From Burkholderiales bacterium (GTDB lineage Bacteria > Pseudomonadota > Gammaproteobacteria > Burkholderiales > SHXO01): DNA of 64,000 nt. The notes beneath the pieces were generated by a model. The model ran no database searches. It was not told the DNA's origin and saw only the letters and a list, made by a program, of their open reading frames with translations. The stretch spans positions 23,820-87,819 of the forward strand of contig DATJVI010000103.1 in assembly GCA_035501875.1 (NCBI GenBank), given 5' to 3'. Position 1 is the first letter of the stretch. Each line of letters begins with the position of its first letter. Of this stretch, positions 17,503 to 28,624 are shown piece by piece. The position numbers and the translations under genes were made by a program.

Positions 17503-18603
17503 TTAGTTCGCGCGGTAGCGCGCGATGACCTCCAGGTCGGGATCGAAACCGAGGCCGGGACCTCGAGGCACCGCGATCGAGCCCTCCTTCGGTATGCCTG
17601 CATCGCCATACAGGCGCGCTTCCAATTCGAAGTAGCGCCATTCGACGAGCGACCCCCGCCCCAACGCCGCGTTGACATGCAATGCGGCGAGCAGTCCCGG
17701 CCCATCGTAGAAGCTGTGCGGCATCACCGTGACGTTGTGCGCAGCCGCCAACGTGAACAGCTTGCGCAGCTCCGAAACGCCGCCCATTTTGGTCGGGCTG
17801 GGTTGCACGTAGTCGATCGCGTTCGCGTCGAAGAGCTGCTGAAACTGCAGCAGTGTCGCCGCGTTCTCGCCCGCCGCGATCGGGATGCCGCCCTTGGCGC
17901 GCACCTGTGCCAGCCCGGCGTGGTTTTCCGGCGGCCACACCGGCTCCTCCAACCAGCGCAAACGAAACGGCCGCAGCTTCTCGGCCATGTCCAGCGCTTC
18001 GCGCAGCGACCACGGGCAGTTGACGTCGACCATGATTTCGGCATCTTCGCCCGCCGCCTCGCGCGCGGCGCGAACCGGCGCGACTTCGATCTCGTGCAGT
18101 TTGACGTGGCGGAATCCCTGCGCGAGTGCGCGCTCGACGTTCGTGGCAACCAGCTTTGGATCGGCGTATCGGATCAGACTCGCATAGCAGGGAAGCTGCG
18201 GCGCACGGCATCCGCCCAGGAGTTGGTGTACGGGTTGGCCGGCGGCTTTGCCGACGATGTCCCATAGCGCGATGTCGATGCCGGACAGACCGAAGATCAC
18301 CGGCCCGCCGCGCCCGAAGATGTGCAGTTTCTGCTGCAGCTCCTGCGTCAGGCTCTCGACCGTCAGCGGGTCGCGCCCGACGCACATGGGAGCGAGCATG
18401 TGATCGATCGCGGCCTTGGTGGCAGGGATGGCGTTGTAGCCGAAGGCCTCCCCCCAGCCGGTGATGCCCGCATCCGTGGTGATCCTCACGAGCAGCGCGT
18501 CGGCGGTCTGCCAGGCCTTGCCGCCCCACGCTTCGGTGGTGGCAGCCCCGCCCGCCGTGTAGGGGATGCGCAAGACGATGGTCTCGATAGCTTGGATTTT
18601 CAT
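17503..18603 (-). CDS. Mandelate racemase / muconate lactonizing enzyme (enolase superfamily) protein
   Basis: 366 aa from MKIQAIETIVL (Met22 of the track ORF). Motifs ITGWGEAFG, GIDIALWDIVGKAAGQPVHQLLGG, IMVDVNCPW, WLEEPVWPPEN, IAAGEN. Confidence 0.85.
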   Translation of the reverse strand: MKIQAIETIVLRIPYTAGGAATTEAWGGKAWQTADALLVRITTDAGITGWGEAFGYNAIPATKAAIDHMLAPMCVGRDPLTVESLTQELQQKLHIFGRGGPVIFGLSGIDIALWDIVGKAAGQPVHQLLGGCRAPQLPCYASLIRYADPKLVATNVERALAQGFRHVKLHEIEVAPVRAAREAAGEDAEIMVDVNCPWSLREALDMAEKLRPFRLRWLEEPVWPPENHAGLAQVRAKGGIPIAAGENAATLLQFQQLFDANAIDYVQPSPTKMGGVSELRKLFTLAAAHNVTVMPHSFYDGPGLLAALHVNAALGRGSLVEWRYFELEARLYGDAGIPKEGSIAVPRGPGLGFDPDLEVIARYRAN

Positions 18604-18764
18604 GCTGGTTTGGTCGTCTGGTCGAATGCAGGAGCCTCGCGGCGTGATTGTCCTCGTCCCGAACAAGGGGAAGACCTGCGGCCCGCGAAGCAGGGCCCTT
18701 GTCTTTCGCGTGAGAGGATACTATCTCAGCTTGAACCGACCCAAGCAACGCTCTGGAGAACCGA

Positions 18765-19610
18765 ATGCGACATATCGCGAAGACCGTGACCGGGATGCCT
18801 GCCACCGACGGCGCCGGGGTAAAGCTCAAGCGCATCATCGGAACCCCTGCACTGGATCTGATCGACCCGTTTCTCATGCTCGATGAATTCGGCTCGGATG
18901 ATCCGGACTCCTGGATCGCCGGGTTTCCCGACCATCCGCACCGGGGCTTCGAGACCGTCACCATCATGCTCGACGGGCGGGTCAAGCATGCCGACTCGGT
19001 GGGAAACTCCGGCGTGATCGAAGCCGGAGACGTCCAGTGGATGACCGCCGGCCGCGGCATCATTCACTCGGAGATGCCGGAGCGCGCCGATGGCAGGCTG
19101 CGCGGGTTCCAGCTCTGGGTCAACCTCCCGGGCGCGCTCAAGATGAGCCCGCCGCGCTACCAGGATGTTCCCGCCGCTCGCATCGCAACCGTCGCGCGCG
19201 ATGGCGCGAGCGTACGGGTGATCGCGGGCGAGGCGTTCGGCGCCAAAGGCGCGGCCAACACTCTGGTCCCCGTGCGCCTGCTCGACGTGACGATTGCGGC
19301 GGCCTCCGATTTCACGCTCGAGGTGCCGGATTCGCACGCCTGCTTTGTCTACGCTTACGAGGGCACAGTGCGCGAACCGGATCGTGACGGAAAGCCACGC
19401 GAGATCGCGCGCGGCACGCTCGCGGTGCTGGAAGGCAGCGGAGGTGTGACGCTCACCGCAGGCAGCGCCGGCGCGAAGCTGCTGTTCGCGGACGGGCAGC
19501 CGATCCGTGAGCCGATTGCACGCTACGGTCCCTTCGTCATGAACACTCGCGAAGAGGTCGCCAAAGCCTTCGACGACTATTCGCGCGGCGCGCTCGACCG
19601 CGCCGTTTGA
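18765..19610 (+). CDS. Pirin family protein
   Basis: 281 aa. Motifs GFPDHPHRGFETVTIMLDG and QWMTAGRGIIHSEMP. Confidence 0.9.
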   Translation: MRHIAKTVTGMPATDGAGVKLKRIIGTPALDLIDPFLMLDEFGSDDPDSWIAGFPDHPHRGFETVTIMLDGRVKHADSVGNSGVIEAGDVQWMTAGRGIIHSEMPERADGRLRGFQLWVNLPGALKMSPPRYQDVPAARIATVARDGASVRVIAGEAFGAKGAANTLVPVRLLDVTIAAASDFTLEVPDSHACFVYAYEGTVREPDRDGKPREIARGTLAVLEGSGGVTLTAGSAGAKLLFADGQPIREPIARYGPFVMNTREEVAKAFDDYSRGALDRAV

Positions 19611-19636
19611 TCGCGTGGCGCATCCTGGCGCATGGC

Positions 19637-22078
19637 CTAATCGCGCGGCAGCGACTGCAACAGGCTGCGGGCTTGCTCGTCCCGCGGCGCAAGAGCGAGC
19701 AGGCGGGAAGCGTACTCCCGAGCTTGTGTCGGATGCCCCGCGTCGCGCGAGTAGCCGGCCAGCGCCAGCAAGATGTCGCGGTCGCCCGGATGGCGCTTGA
19801 GCGCTTGCTCCAGGACCTGCATGGCGGCATCACGCTTACCGCCCGAGTACAACGCGACGGCGTATACGTAGGCGAACCGAGCCGAATCAGGTGCGAGCGA
19901 AGCCGCCTTGCGCAACTCTTCGAGCGCGTCCGGCAACCGCTTCAGCCGCACGAGCGTGAGCCCCAGCGCGTGGTGCAGCTCGGCGTTATCCGGGACCTGT
20001 CGCAGCCCCGCGCGCAGCGCCTTCTCGCCGTCGCTGTCCCGGTCCTGCTCCCGATACAAGTCCGAGAGATTCACATAAGCAGGAACGAAGCGCGGCTCGA
20101 TGCGCAGCGCGGCCTGTAGCTCGGCCTGCGCTTGGTCGAAGCGGCGCTGACGCGCGTACAGGGATGCGAGGTTGAGGTGCCCTTCGGGGCGATCGGCATT
20201 CAGCCGCTGAGCCTCCACGTACTCGTTCAGCGCGCGGTCGAGCGCCTCGCGCTGGCTCGCGTCGAGCTGCTCGGCGGGTACGCCGGCGAGCAGGCTCGCC
20301 GCGTCCAGACGCACCGCTCGCACCGGGTCGCGCAGCAAGGGCGCAGCCAAGCCGATCCGGGTGGCGGGATCGGTGCTCGCCAGCGCACTCAGCGCGCTTT
20401 GGCGGATCAGCGGGTTGGAATGGCCTAGGCTTTGTCGCACGATCTCGGCCAGGTCCGGGCTGCCGAGACGTCCCAGCTCAGCGAGCGCAGTAGCCCGGGC
20501 GATGTCCGGAGCGCCGCTGTCCTGAATCAGCCCCCGCAGGCGCGCCGGGGCGTCGGCCGAGCCGCGACGCGCTGCCTGGAGCGTCTCGGCGTAGGTCTGG
20601 AATCCTTCGCGCTGCGGGCCGAACCACCGCTCCACCCGCTGCGCGGCCCACGCCGCGCCGGCGTCCCGATGACAGCCGGTGCATGCGTTGGGCGTGCCCA
20701 GCTTCACCGAAAGATCGGGGCGCGGCACGCGCATGCTGTGGTCATGACGCTCGTCGATGACCATATAGGTTCGCGTCGGCATGTGACACGCCGCGCACTG
20801 CGCGCCCGCTGAGCCGGGCTCGTGATGGTGGTGCGACTGCGCGTCGTACCTCTGCGCCATATGACACTGGGTGCACACCGCGTTCCCGCTCGCGCGCAGC
20901 TTGAGGCTGTGCGGGTCGTGGCAGTCGCTGCAGGTCACGCCCTTGTGATACATCTTGCTCTGCAGGAACGGCGCCCAGTTATAGACCTCGTCCTGCATCT
21001 GTCCGTCGGCGAAGAACAGGCCTTCGGTCAGCACGGCCGGCAGCTCCGAGTCCAGCAGCGGCGCCCCGTTGTCGTAGGGCTGATGGATGCTCGCGCGGCG
21101 CGAATGACACAGCGCGCACACCTCGATCTCCTTGTCCGTCGTCCGCGGCGTGCTGCGCCGGGAGTTCCCGCTCTGCGCATCGAGGATCCAGCTCACGCCC
21201 GCGCGCTCATCGAGCCGCACGCTCAGGCCTTTGGTCGCATCCATGTCGCGCCAGCCGGCTTCGCGCCGCGCCCAGGCCGCGTGCTGGGATGCCGGACCAT
21301 GGCACGCCTCGCAGGCGACGTTGATCTCCGTGTACGTGGTGTGAAAGCGGTCCGTGGCCGCGTCGTAGCTCTTCTCCACGTGCGTCGAGTGGCATTCCGC
21401 ACACATGTGGTTCCAGTTCTGACTCGGGCGCGTCCAATGCAGCACGTCCCGATGATCGATGTGCTCATTCGGGTACAGATGGAACCAGCGCTGACCGCCT
21501 CGCTCTCGCGGGCGGCTATCCCACGCGACCGGCAGGGCCTGCAACCGGCCGCCGGGAAGCTCGACCAGATACTGCTGGAGCGGATAAACGCCGAAGGTGT
21601 ACTTCACCTCGAAGTCGGCCAGCTTGCCGTCGGCGCCATCGGTGTTGACGAAGAATCCTCCGTCGCGGCGGAACAACGTGGAGGTGATGCCGGAGTGTGT
21701 GAAGCGCACACCGCCGAAATCGCCGAGCACGCTCTTCTCGCTGGCGTGCTGCATGGCCTGATCGTGTTGAGAGCCGGACCAGGCTTGGTGCTGCGTCGCG
21801 TGGCATTGCCCGCAGGCTGCGGCGCCGATGTAGGTCGCCACGATCGCTGCCGGGGAAGCCGAGGCGGCTTGTTGCTGGTGCGCATGCCAGAGCCAAGCGC
21901 CGGCCACAGCCGCCAGCACCGCGAGCACCCCTGCGCCCGCCCACAGGAGGAGCACCGGCCTGCGCGGCGAGCCGGTGCCGGAGGGCACCGCCCCGGCCCG
22001 AGCTGCGGCCCTGGTCGCATCAGGGGCGTCGCGTTTGGCCCGCGCGCGTGACGGCTTCCGCCGAGAGGCCTTGCTCAC
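19637..22078 (-). CDS. Membrane-anchored multiheme (8 x CxxCH) cytochrome c fused to a C-terminal TPR domain
   Basis: 813 aa. One N-terminal TM helix. Heme motifs: CGQCH, CAECH, CEACH, CALCH, CSDCH, CTQCH, CAACH, CTGCH. The C-terminal ~300 aa are TPR-like (AYVNLSDLYREQDRDSDGEKALRAGL...). Confidence 0.85.
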   Translation of the reverse strand: MSKASRRKPSRARAKRDAPDATRAAARAGAVPSGTGSPRRPVLLLWAGAGVLAVLAAVAGAWLWHAHQQQAASASPAAIVATYIGAAACGQCHATQHQAWSGSQHDQAMQHASEKSVLGDFGGVRFTHSGITSTLFRRDGGFFVNTDGADGKLADFEVKYTFGVYPLQQYLVELPGGRLQALPVAWDSRPRERGGQRWFHLYPNEHIDHRDVLHWTRPSQNWNHMCAECHSTHVEKSYDAATDRFHTTYTEINVACEACHGPASQHAAWARREAGWRDMDATKGLSVRLDERAGVSWILDAQSGNSRRSTPRTTDKEIEVCALCHSRRASIHQPYDNGAPLLDSELPAVLTEGLFFADGQMQDEVYNWAPFLQSKMYHKGVTCSDCHDPHSLKLRASGNAVCTQCHMAQRYDAQSHHHHEPGSAGAQCAACHMPTRTYMVIDERHDHSMRVPRPDLSVKLGTPNACTGCHRDAGAAWAAQRVERWFGPQREGFQTYAETLQAARRGSADAPARLRGLIQDSGAPDIARATALAELGRLGSPDLAEIVRQSLGHSNPLIRQSALSALASTDPATRIGLAAPLLRDPVRAVRLDAASLLAGVPAEQLDASQREALDRALNEYVEAQRLNADRPEGHLNLASLYARQRRFDQAQAELQAALRIEPRFVPAYVNLSDLYREQDRDSDGEKALRAGLRQVPDNAELHHALGLTLVRLKRLPDALEELRKAASLAPDSARFAYVYAVALYSGGKRDAAMQVLEQALKRHPGDRDILLALAGYSRDAGHPTQAREYASRLLALAPRDEQARSLLQSLPRD

Positions 22079-22321
22079 GTTGTACCTCGCGGCTGGATCG
22101 CCCCCATCCGCCGCAATGCATGCGCCTCGCCAACGGAGAAAGGCACGGATCTTGATAGCTTGCAGAGGAGTGCGCGGCTCCCTGCATCGAAGACCCGTCG
22201 CTCGCCGCAGTGGACGCCGCTCACGGCGCTGCGGTGCGCGTCAATCGACCGCGAATCCGCGGCGCTCGCTAGAATGCAAGTTCGAACCAAGCGGTGCCAC
22301 CCCCGACGCCAAGGCCATGCC

Positions 22322-22870
22322 ATGAAACGAATCGCGTTCCCGCTGATCATCCTGCTGTTGCCAGCCGTCGCCTGCGCACAGGCAATCTACGAGTGCCAGG
22401 GCCAGAACGGTCCCGTCTTCACCGACAGCCCTTGCGCAGGCGGCAGGCAGGTCGATCTGCCGCCCAGCAACGTCATCGACACTGAGGCGCCGGCGCAACA
22501 GCCAGCCCCGCAACCTACCGGAGCGTCGTACATGCTGCTAGCGATCCAGTCCCCGGAGGAAGGCGGCACCGTGCACACAAGCACCGGCGAGGTGCGAGTC
22601 AGCCTGGCGCTCTCCCCGGCGCTGCTGGAGGCGGATGCGATCAGCGTGTCGCTCGACGGAACCGTGCTGCCGACGCTGCGCCACTCTCTGCAGTTCGAGA
22701 TCACGCCCGACGAATGGGAGAGCGCCGCCGCGGACGACACGCAGCACGTGCTGGACGTTGCCGTCGTCGACGCGTCCGGCAATCCCTTGATCACGGCGAA
22801 CGCGGTGCAATTCTACGTCCACCGCGCCACCGTTCGTCAACCGCAGGATAGCGCCGAGCACGAGCGCTGA
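22322..22870 (+). CDS. DUF4124 domain protein with Ig-like C-terminal domain
   Basis: 182 aa from MKRIAFPLIILLLPAVACAQ (Met55 of the track ORF). DUF4124 signature IYECQGQNGPVFTDSPC. Confidence 0.7.
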   Translation: MKRIAFPLIILLLPAVACAQAIYECQGQNGPVFTDSPCAGGRQVDLPPSNVIDTEAPAQQPAPQPTGASYMLLAIQSPEEGGTVHTSTGEVRVSLALSPALLEADAISVSLDGTVLPTLRHSLQFEITPDEWESAAADDTQHVLDVAVVDASGNPLITANAVQFYVHRATVRQPQDSAEHER

Positions 22871-23497
22871 TCCGCGCCTCGATCCGGCCGCGTCGAAAGA
22901 CGTTCGGCGCGCCGGCGATGCGCCCGCGACGCCGCTCAGTCACGCACTCGCGCGCTTGCGCAAGGGCACCGACGTCGTGAGGCCGACGCAGCGGGCCTGC
23001 GTGGATCGCGTACAGTCCTACCAGAAGCAAGCCCGGGCCACGCCTGTCTCCTCGAGACGCTGACAGGCGCTGGTTCACGCCACGGCTGCCACCATCCCGA
23101 TGGAGTGCGCAGACTGGAAGCGGGCGCTGCACCAGCGAGTGTCCGCACTCAGATGCAGATGCCGCCGTCATGGACGCTGAGAAAACCGTGGACGTTCCGC
23201 GTACGCACGAACTCTTGCGGTGAGTGTGCAAGCCTTGACGTTGATGATCGTCAGGGCTACCTTGTCGATCCGTTGCGGATCGTTTCCGCTCGATCCCATG
23301 ACAGTTTTCTTACCGGTGGCTGCCTCATCGTCTGTGCGCGACTTTGGTGCATGTGCACTTTCCCGGCGCGCTCACTTGTACGGTGTCCCAATTCAACAAC
23401 TACAGCGTCGCGGGCGTGCTGCCATCGACGTAGGTGAGGTGACGGATATCCATTCTCCGTGAGCGGTCTTGAGACCATACGCGGAGCAGGGTCGTAA

Positions 23498-25396
23498 ATG
23501 AACTGGACAGCAGAGTATGCAGAGAACATTTTCGGTAAGCGCGCACTGCCCGCGATCGTCGCCCTCGTGTGCGCGGTGAGTCTCGCCGCAAGCCCAGCGC
23601 AGGCTCAAGCGGCCGGGGGAAAGCCCAACATCTTGTTCATCATGGGTGACGACATCGGGTGGATGCAAATGGGCGTCTACCACCGTGGCATAGGGCTTGG
23701 GGAAACCCCCAACATCGATCGCCTGGCGCACGAAGGCGCGATGTTCACGACCGACTACGCCATACAGAGCTGCACATCGGGCCGCAACGTCTTCTTCACC
23801 GGCATGTATCCGCTGCGCACGGGCATGATCCCGCCGCAGCTTCCCGGGAGTCCGAGCTATCTGCGACCCGGCACACCAGCGCTCGCCAAGTTTCTGCTCG
23901 ATCTCGGCTACAACACGGGCCAGTTCGGCAAGAACCACCTCGGCGACCACACCGCAGCACTGCCCACGGCGCACGGCTTCCAGGAGTACTGGGGTTACCT
24001 CTACCACCTCGACGCTATGCAGGGCGTGAGCTTCCCCGACATCAATAAACCGCCAACCCTGCAGACGGTCGCGCCGCCGTGCAAGAACACACCGATTCCC
24101 GGCGTCGCCGAGGTGCCGGGTGCGGTGGATCCGAGAACAACTGTTTGCCTGACCCCTCCGCGCCCGGTGCTCTGGTGCAAATCCTCCGACGGGACGGAAA
24201 AGAACCAGAGCTGCAAGGACGAAGGCCCGCTGACGCTGGATCGATCGCGGACCGTGGATGAGGAGATCTCTGGCAAGGTGATCGACTTCCTCGACCGCAA
24301 CGACCCGAAAAAGACCGGCAAGCCCTTCTTCGTCTGGTACAACCCGGCGCGCATGCACGCCACCACGATGTTGCCGCCCAAGTACGAGGCCATGCTGGGC
24401 GAGCGCGGCGGCAAGGACTGGGGCATCAACGAAGCCGGCATGAAGCAGCTGGACGACAACATCGGCTATGTCTTCAAGAAGCTCGAGGACATGGGCCAGA
24501 TGGACAACACCATCATTGTCTTCACCACCGACAACGGCGCGGAGGCCATTTCCTTCCCGGACGGCGGCGTGACACCGTTCAAGGGCCAGAAGGGCGAGTC
24601 CTACGAGGGTGGCTACCGCGCTCCGTGTGTGGTCCGCTGGCCCGGGGTCATCAAGCCCGGCACCGTGTTCACCGAGATGTTTTCCGCGCTCGACTGGATG
24701 CCGACATTTGTAGAAATTGCCGGCGGACCGAAGGGCGACGGGCTCAAGAAGCAGATCGAGGCCGGTTCATACCCGGGCATCGTCAAGACCGCGCTCGACG
24801 GCGTGAACCAGATCGACTATCTGACGGGCAAGTCCCAGAAGTCGGCGCGCGAAGTCTTCTACTACTTCTCGGGTTCCACCCCCTCCGCGGTGCGCTACAA
24901 GAACTGGAAGATGTATTACACCATGTCGCAACCTGGGGCAGAGGGATGGATTCTGCCGCTCATTCCCTTCCATTTCACGCTGGTACAAAACATCAGGCGC
25001 GATCCTTTCGAGCAAGCGGTGGGCATGAACGTGAAGTCTGCGATGGCCCTTGGGGGCGCGCTGGCCGCTCCGTCCACCGCTTTCATCTACGACTGGAACC
25101 TGCTGCCGATCGGCCAGCAACTTTGGCTGCAATGGTTCGAGACGCTACAGAAGTTTCCGCCATTGCAGGCGCCGGAGAGTTACAACCTTACGCAGGTGAA
25201 GGAACACCTCAAAGCCGGCACCGAAACACACCCGAGCGACCAGGGTGACACCGTGAACGAGACGAAACCGCCTGCGTCAGAGGTCACCGATGCTGAGACG
25301 CGGGTCACGGAAGTACGACCGACGAACCGGTTTGACGGGTTGGGGGCACGCCCGAGCAGAAGGTGCCCCGCAACGCTACGCAATTCGATCCTGTAG
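23498..25396 (+). CDS. Arylsulfatase (S1 sulfatase family), atypical C-T-S-G-R active-site motif
   Basis: 632 aa. Signal peptide. Motifs: NILFIMGDDIGW, QSCTSGRNVFFTGMYPLRTG, GKNHLGD, TTDNGAE, KGQKGESYEGGYRAP. Confidence 0.85.
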   Translation: MNWTAEYAENIFGKRALPAIVALVCAVSLAASPAQAQAAGGKPNILFIMGDDIGWMQMGVYHRGIGLGETPNIDRLAHEGAMFTTDYAIQSCTSGRNVFFTGMYPLRTGMIPPQLPGSPSYLRPGTPALAKFLLDLGYNTGQFGKNHLGDHTAALPTAHGFQEYWGYLYHLDAMQGVSFPDINKPPTLQTVAPPCKNTPIPGVAEVPGAVDPRTTVCLTPPRPVLWCKSSDGTEKNQSCKDEGPLTLDRSRTVDEEISGKVIDFLDRNDPKKTGKPFFVWYNPARMHATTMLPPKYEAMLGERGGKDWGINEAGMKQLDDNIGYVFKKLEDMGQMDNTIIVFTTDNGAEAISFPDGGVTPFKGQKGESYEGGYRAPCVVRWPGVIKPGTVFTEMFSALDWMPTFVEIAGGPKGDGLKKQIEAGSYPGIVKTALDGVNQIDYLTGKSQKSAREVFYYFSGSTPSAVRYKNWKMYYTMSQPGAEGWILPLIPFHFTLVQNIRRDPFEQAVGMNVKSAMALGGALAAPSTAFIYDWNLLPIGQQLWLQWFETLQKFPPLQAPESYNLTQVKEHLKAGTETHPSDQGDTVNETKPPASEVTDAETRVTEVRPTNRFDGLGARPSRRCPATLRNSIL

Positions 25397-25405
25397 GAGA
25401 CCAAC

Positions 25406-25687
25406 ATGCGAACACTCATTGCCGTCTTGATGTCTGCGATGCTATCGGCGCCGTCGCTCGCGGCTTACGCCGCGGACGAGGACACTCAGCCAACCACGGT
25501 ACAGTCATCGGGCAATCCGATGGACCAGGCGGGGCAAGGCACTCCGCAATACACCGGCGCCGGGGCCGTGCAGGAAGGCGCTCCCGCAGCAGAGGGCCGG
25601 AGCGATCCGTCCGGCGCGTCGGAGCCGGGCGCCGGCCCGGTGACCAGTCCGCTTCCGACAGGTGCGGGCCGCGGCGATAACCAGTAG
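25406..25687 (+). CDS. Small secreted low-complexity protein ending ...VTSPLPTGAGRGDNQ
   Basis: 93 aa. Signal peptide MRTLIAVLMSAMLSAPSLAAYA. AGGAG RBS 9 nt after the sulfatase stop. Paralogue at 31401..31751 has the same C-terminal motif. Confidence 0.55.
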   Translation: MRTLIAVLMSAMLSAPSLAAYAADEDTQPTTVQSSGNPMDQAGQGTPQYTGAGAVQEGAPAAEGRSDPSGASEPGAGPVTSPLPTGAGRGDNQ

Positions 25688-25710
25688 TTAAGAAGCAGTC
25701 GCAGCACCAC

Positions 25711-25761
25711 GCGGACACCCGAGGCGCGGGCACGCGCGGCGTTCGCGCCTCGGGTGTCCGC
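25711..25761 (+). terminator. Perfect 18-bp stem-loop downstream of the small ORF
   Basis: Left arm gcggacacccgaggcgcg (25711..25728) pairs perfectly with cgcgcctcgggtgtccgc (25744..25761). 15-nt loop. No U-tract follows. Confidence 0.45.
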
Positions 25762-25924
25762 GCCTCAGCGAGGCTAAGCCGATCCATCTGCTGGCGGGTC
25801 GTCGGCAATCAGTACCACGGACGCGAGACATGTTTTGCGGACGTATACCGGCGCCTGCATGGTGTCGTAACGTCCCATGCTCGGCGTGAAGGATGGACCT
25901 ACCCAACTGTGAGGAGACCAAGCG

Positions 25925-27532
<1,608 letters not shown>

Positions 27533-27541
27533 GGCGAGATG

Positions 27542-27570
27542 CGGCGGGCGGGCTGACAACCGGCCCGCCG
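27542..27570 (+). terminator. GC-rich hairpin followed by TCTTC after the sulfatase gene
   Basis: cggcgggc (27542..27549) pairs with gcccgccg (27563..27570). T-rich run is only weak. Confidence 0.3.
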
Positions 27571-27592
27571 TCTTCAGTTGTCGGAGGACCTC

Positions 27593-28624
27593 ATGAGCAA
27601 GAGCATCGCCGGCTTCGCCCGGATTCTGCGATTCCTATCGGTGCCCATCCTCGGATGGGCCTTCGCCGCGGGCGCCCAGTCGTCCGACCCGCTACCGTCG
27701 TGGAACGACGGTGCCGCGAAGAAAGCGATCGTCGAGTTCGTGCAGACCACTACCACGCAAGGCAGCGCGCAGTTCGTGCCGCCCGCGGAGCGGATCGCCA
27801 CGTTCGACCAGGACGGTACGCTCTGGGTTGAGCATCCGATCTATTCGCAAGTGGTCTACTGCCTGGACCGCGTGCCCGCGGTCGCAAAGCTGAAGCCGGA
27901 GTTGGCGAAAGTCGAGCCGTTCAAGACGGTGCTGTCGGGAAACCGAGAGGCGATGGCGAAGCTTTCGATGCACGACCTCCTGAAAATCGTCGCCGCCACC
28001 CTGACCGGCATGAGCGTCGAGCAGTTCCAAGGGGAAGTGAAGAGCTGGCTCTCCACGGCCAAGGATTCGCGCTGGAAGCGGCCTTATACCGAGCTCACCT
28101 ACGTGCCGATGCAAGAGGTCCTTCAGTACTTGCGCACCAACGGGTACAAGACCTACATCGTCACCGGCGGCGGTCAGGACTTCGTGCGGGTCTATTCCGA
28201 GCAGATCTATGGCATCCCGCCAGAGCAGGTGGTCGGCAGCGCCGGCGCGACGAAGTATGGTTACGACAAGAGCGGCAAGCCGCTTCTCATCAAGGAACCG
28301 AGGCTGGTGTTGAACGATGACAACGCGGGCAAGCCCGAGGGCATCCATCTGATGATCGGGCGGCGGCCGTACGCGGCATTCGGTAACTCGGTGGGCGATC
28401 GCCAGATGCTGGAATACACCAAAGCCGGCGGCGGCACGCGGCTCGCGATGCTCGTCATGCACGACGATGCAGAGCGCGAGTACGCCTACGGCCCGGCGCA
28501 GGGGTTACCTGCAACCAAAGTCGGCACGTTTCCCCAGCCGCTGTACGACGAGGCGATGAAGCAGGGTTGGGTCGTCATCAGCATGAAGAGCGACTGGAAG
28601 CGCATCTTCGCCTTCGAGAAGTAG
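27593..28624 (+). CDS. Secreted HAD-superfamily hydrolase (phosphatase-like)
   Basis: ATG 27593 is preceded by GGAGGA; the track ORF starts at TTG 27578. Signal peptide. HAD motifs FDQDGTLW (DxDGT), YIVTGGGQDFVR, AFGNSVGDRQML. Confidence 0.75.
   Translation: MSKSIAGFARILRFLSVPILGWAFAAGAQSSDPLPSWNDGAAKKAIVEFVQTTTTQGSAQFVPPAERIATFDQDGTLWVEHPIYSQVVYCLDRVPAVAKLKPELAKVEPFKTVLSGNREAMAKLSMHDLLKIVAATLTGMSVEQFQGEVKSWLSTAKDSRWKRPYTELTYVPMQEVLQYLRTNGYKTYIVTGGGQDFVRVYSEQIYGIPPEQVVGSAGATKYGYDKSGKPLLIKEPRLVLNDDNAGKPEGIHLMIGRRPYAAFGNSVGDRQMLEYTKAGGGTRLAMLVMHDDAEREYAYGPAQGLPATKVGTFPQPLYDEAMKQGWVVISMKSDWKRIFAFEK

Noticed and set aside
25673-25681. The RGD tripeptide in the shared GRGDNQ tail, read as an integrin-binding motif.
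   Set aside because: A three-residue match has no statistical weight, and nothing here indicates a eukaryotic host interaction. Only the conservation of the whole tail is reported.
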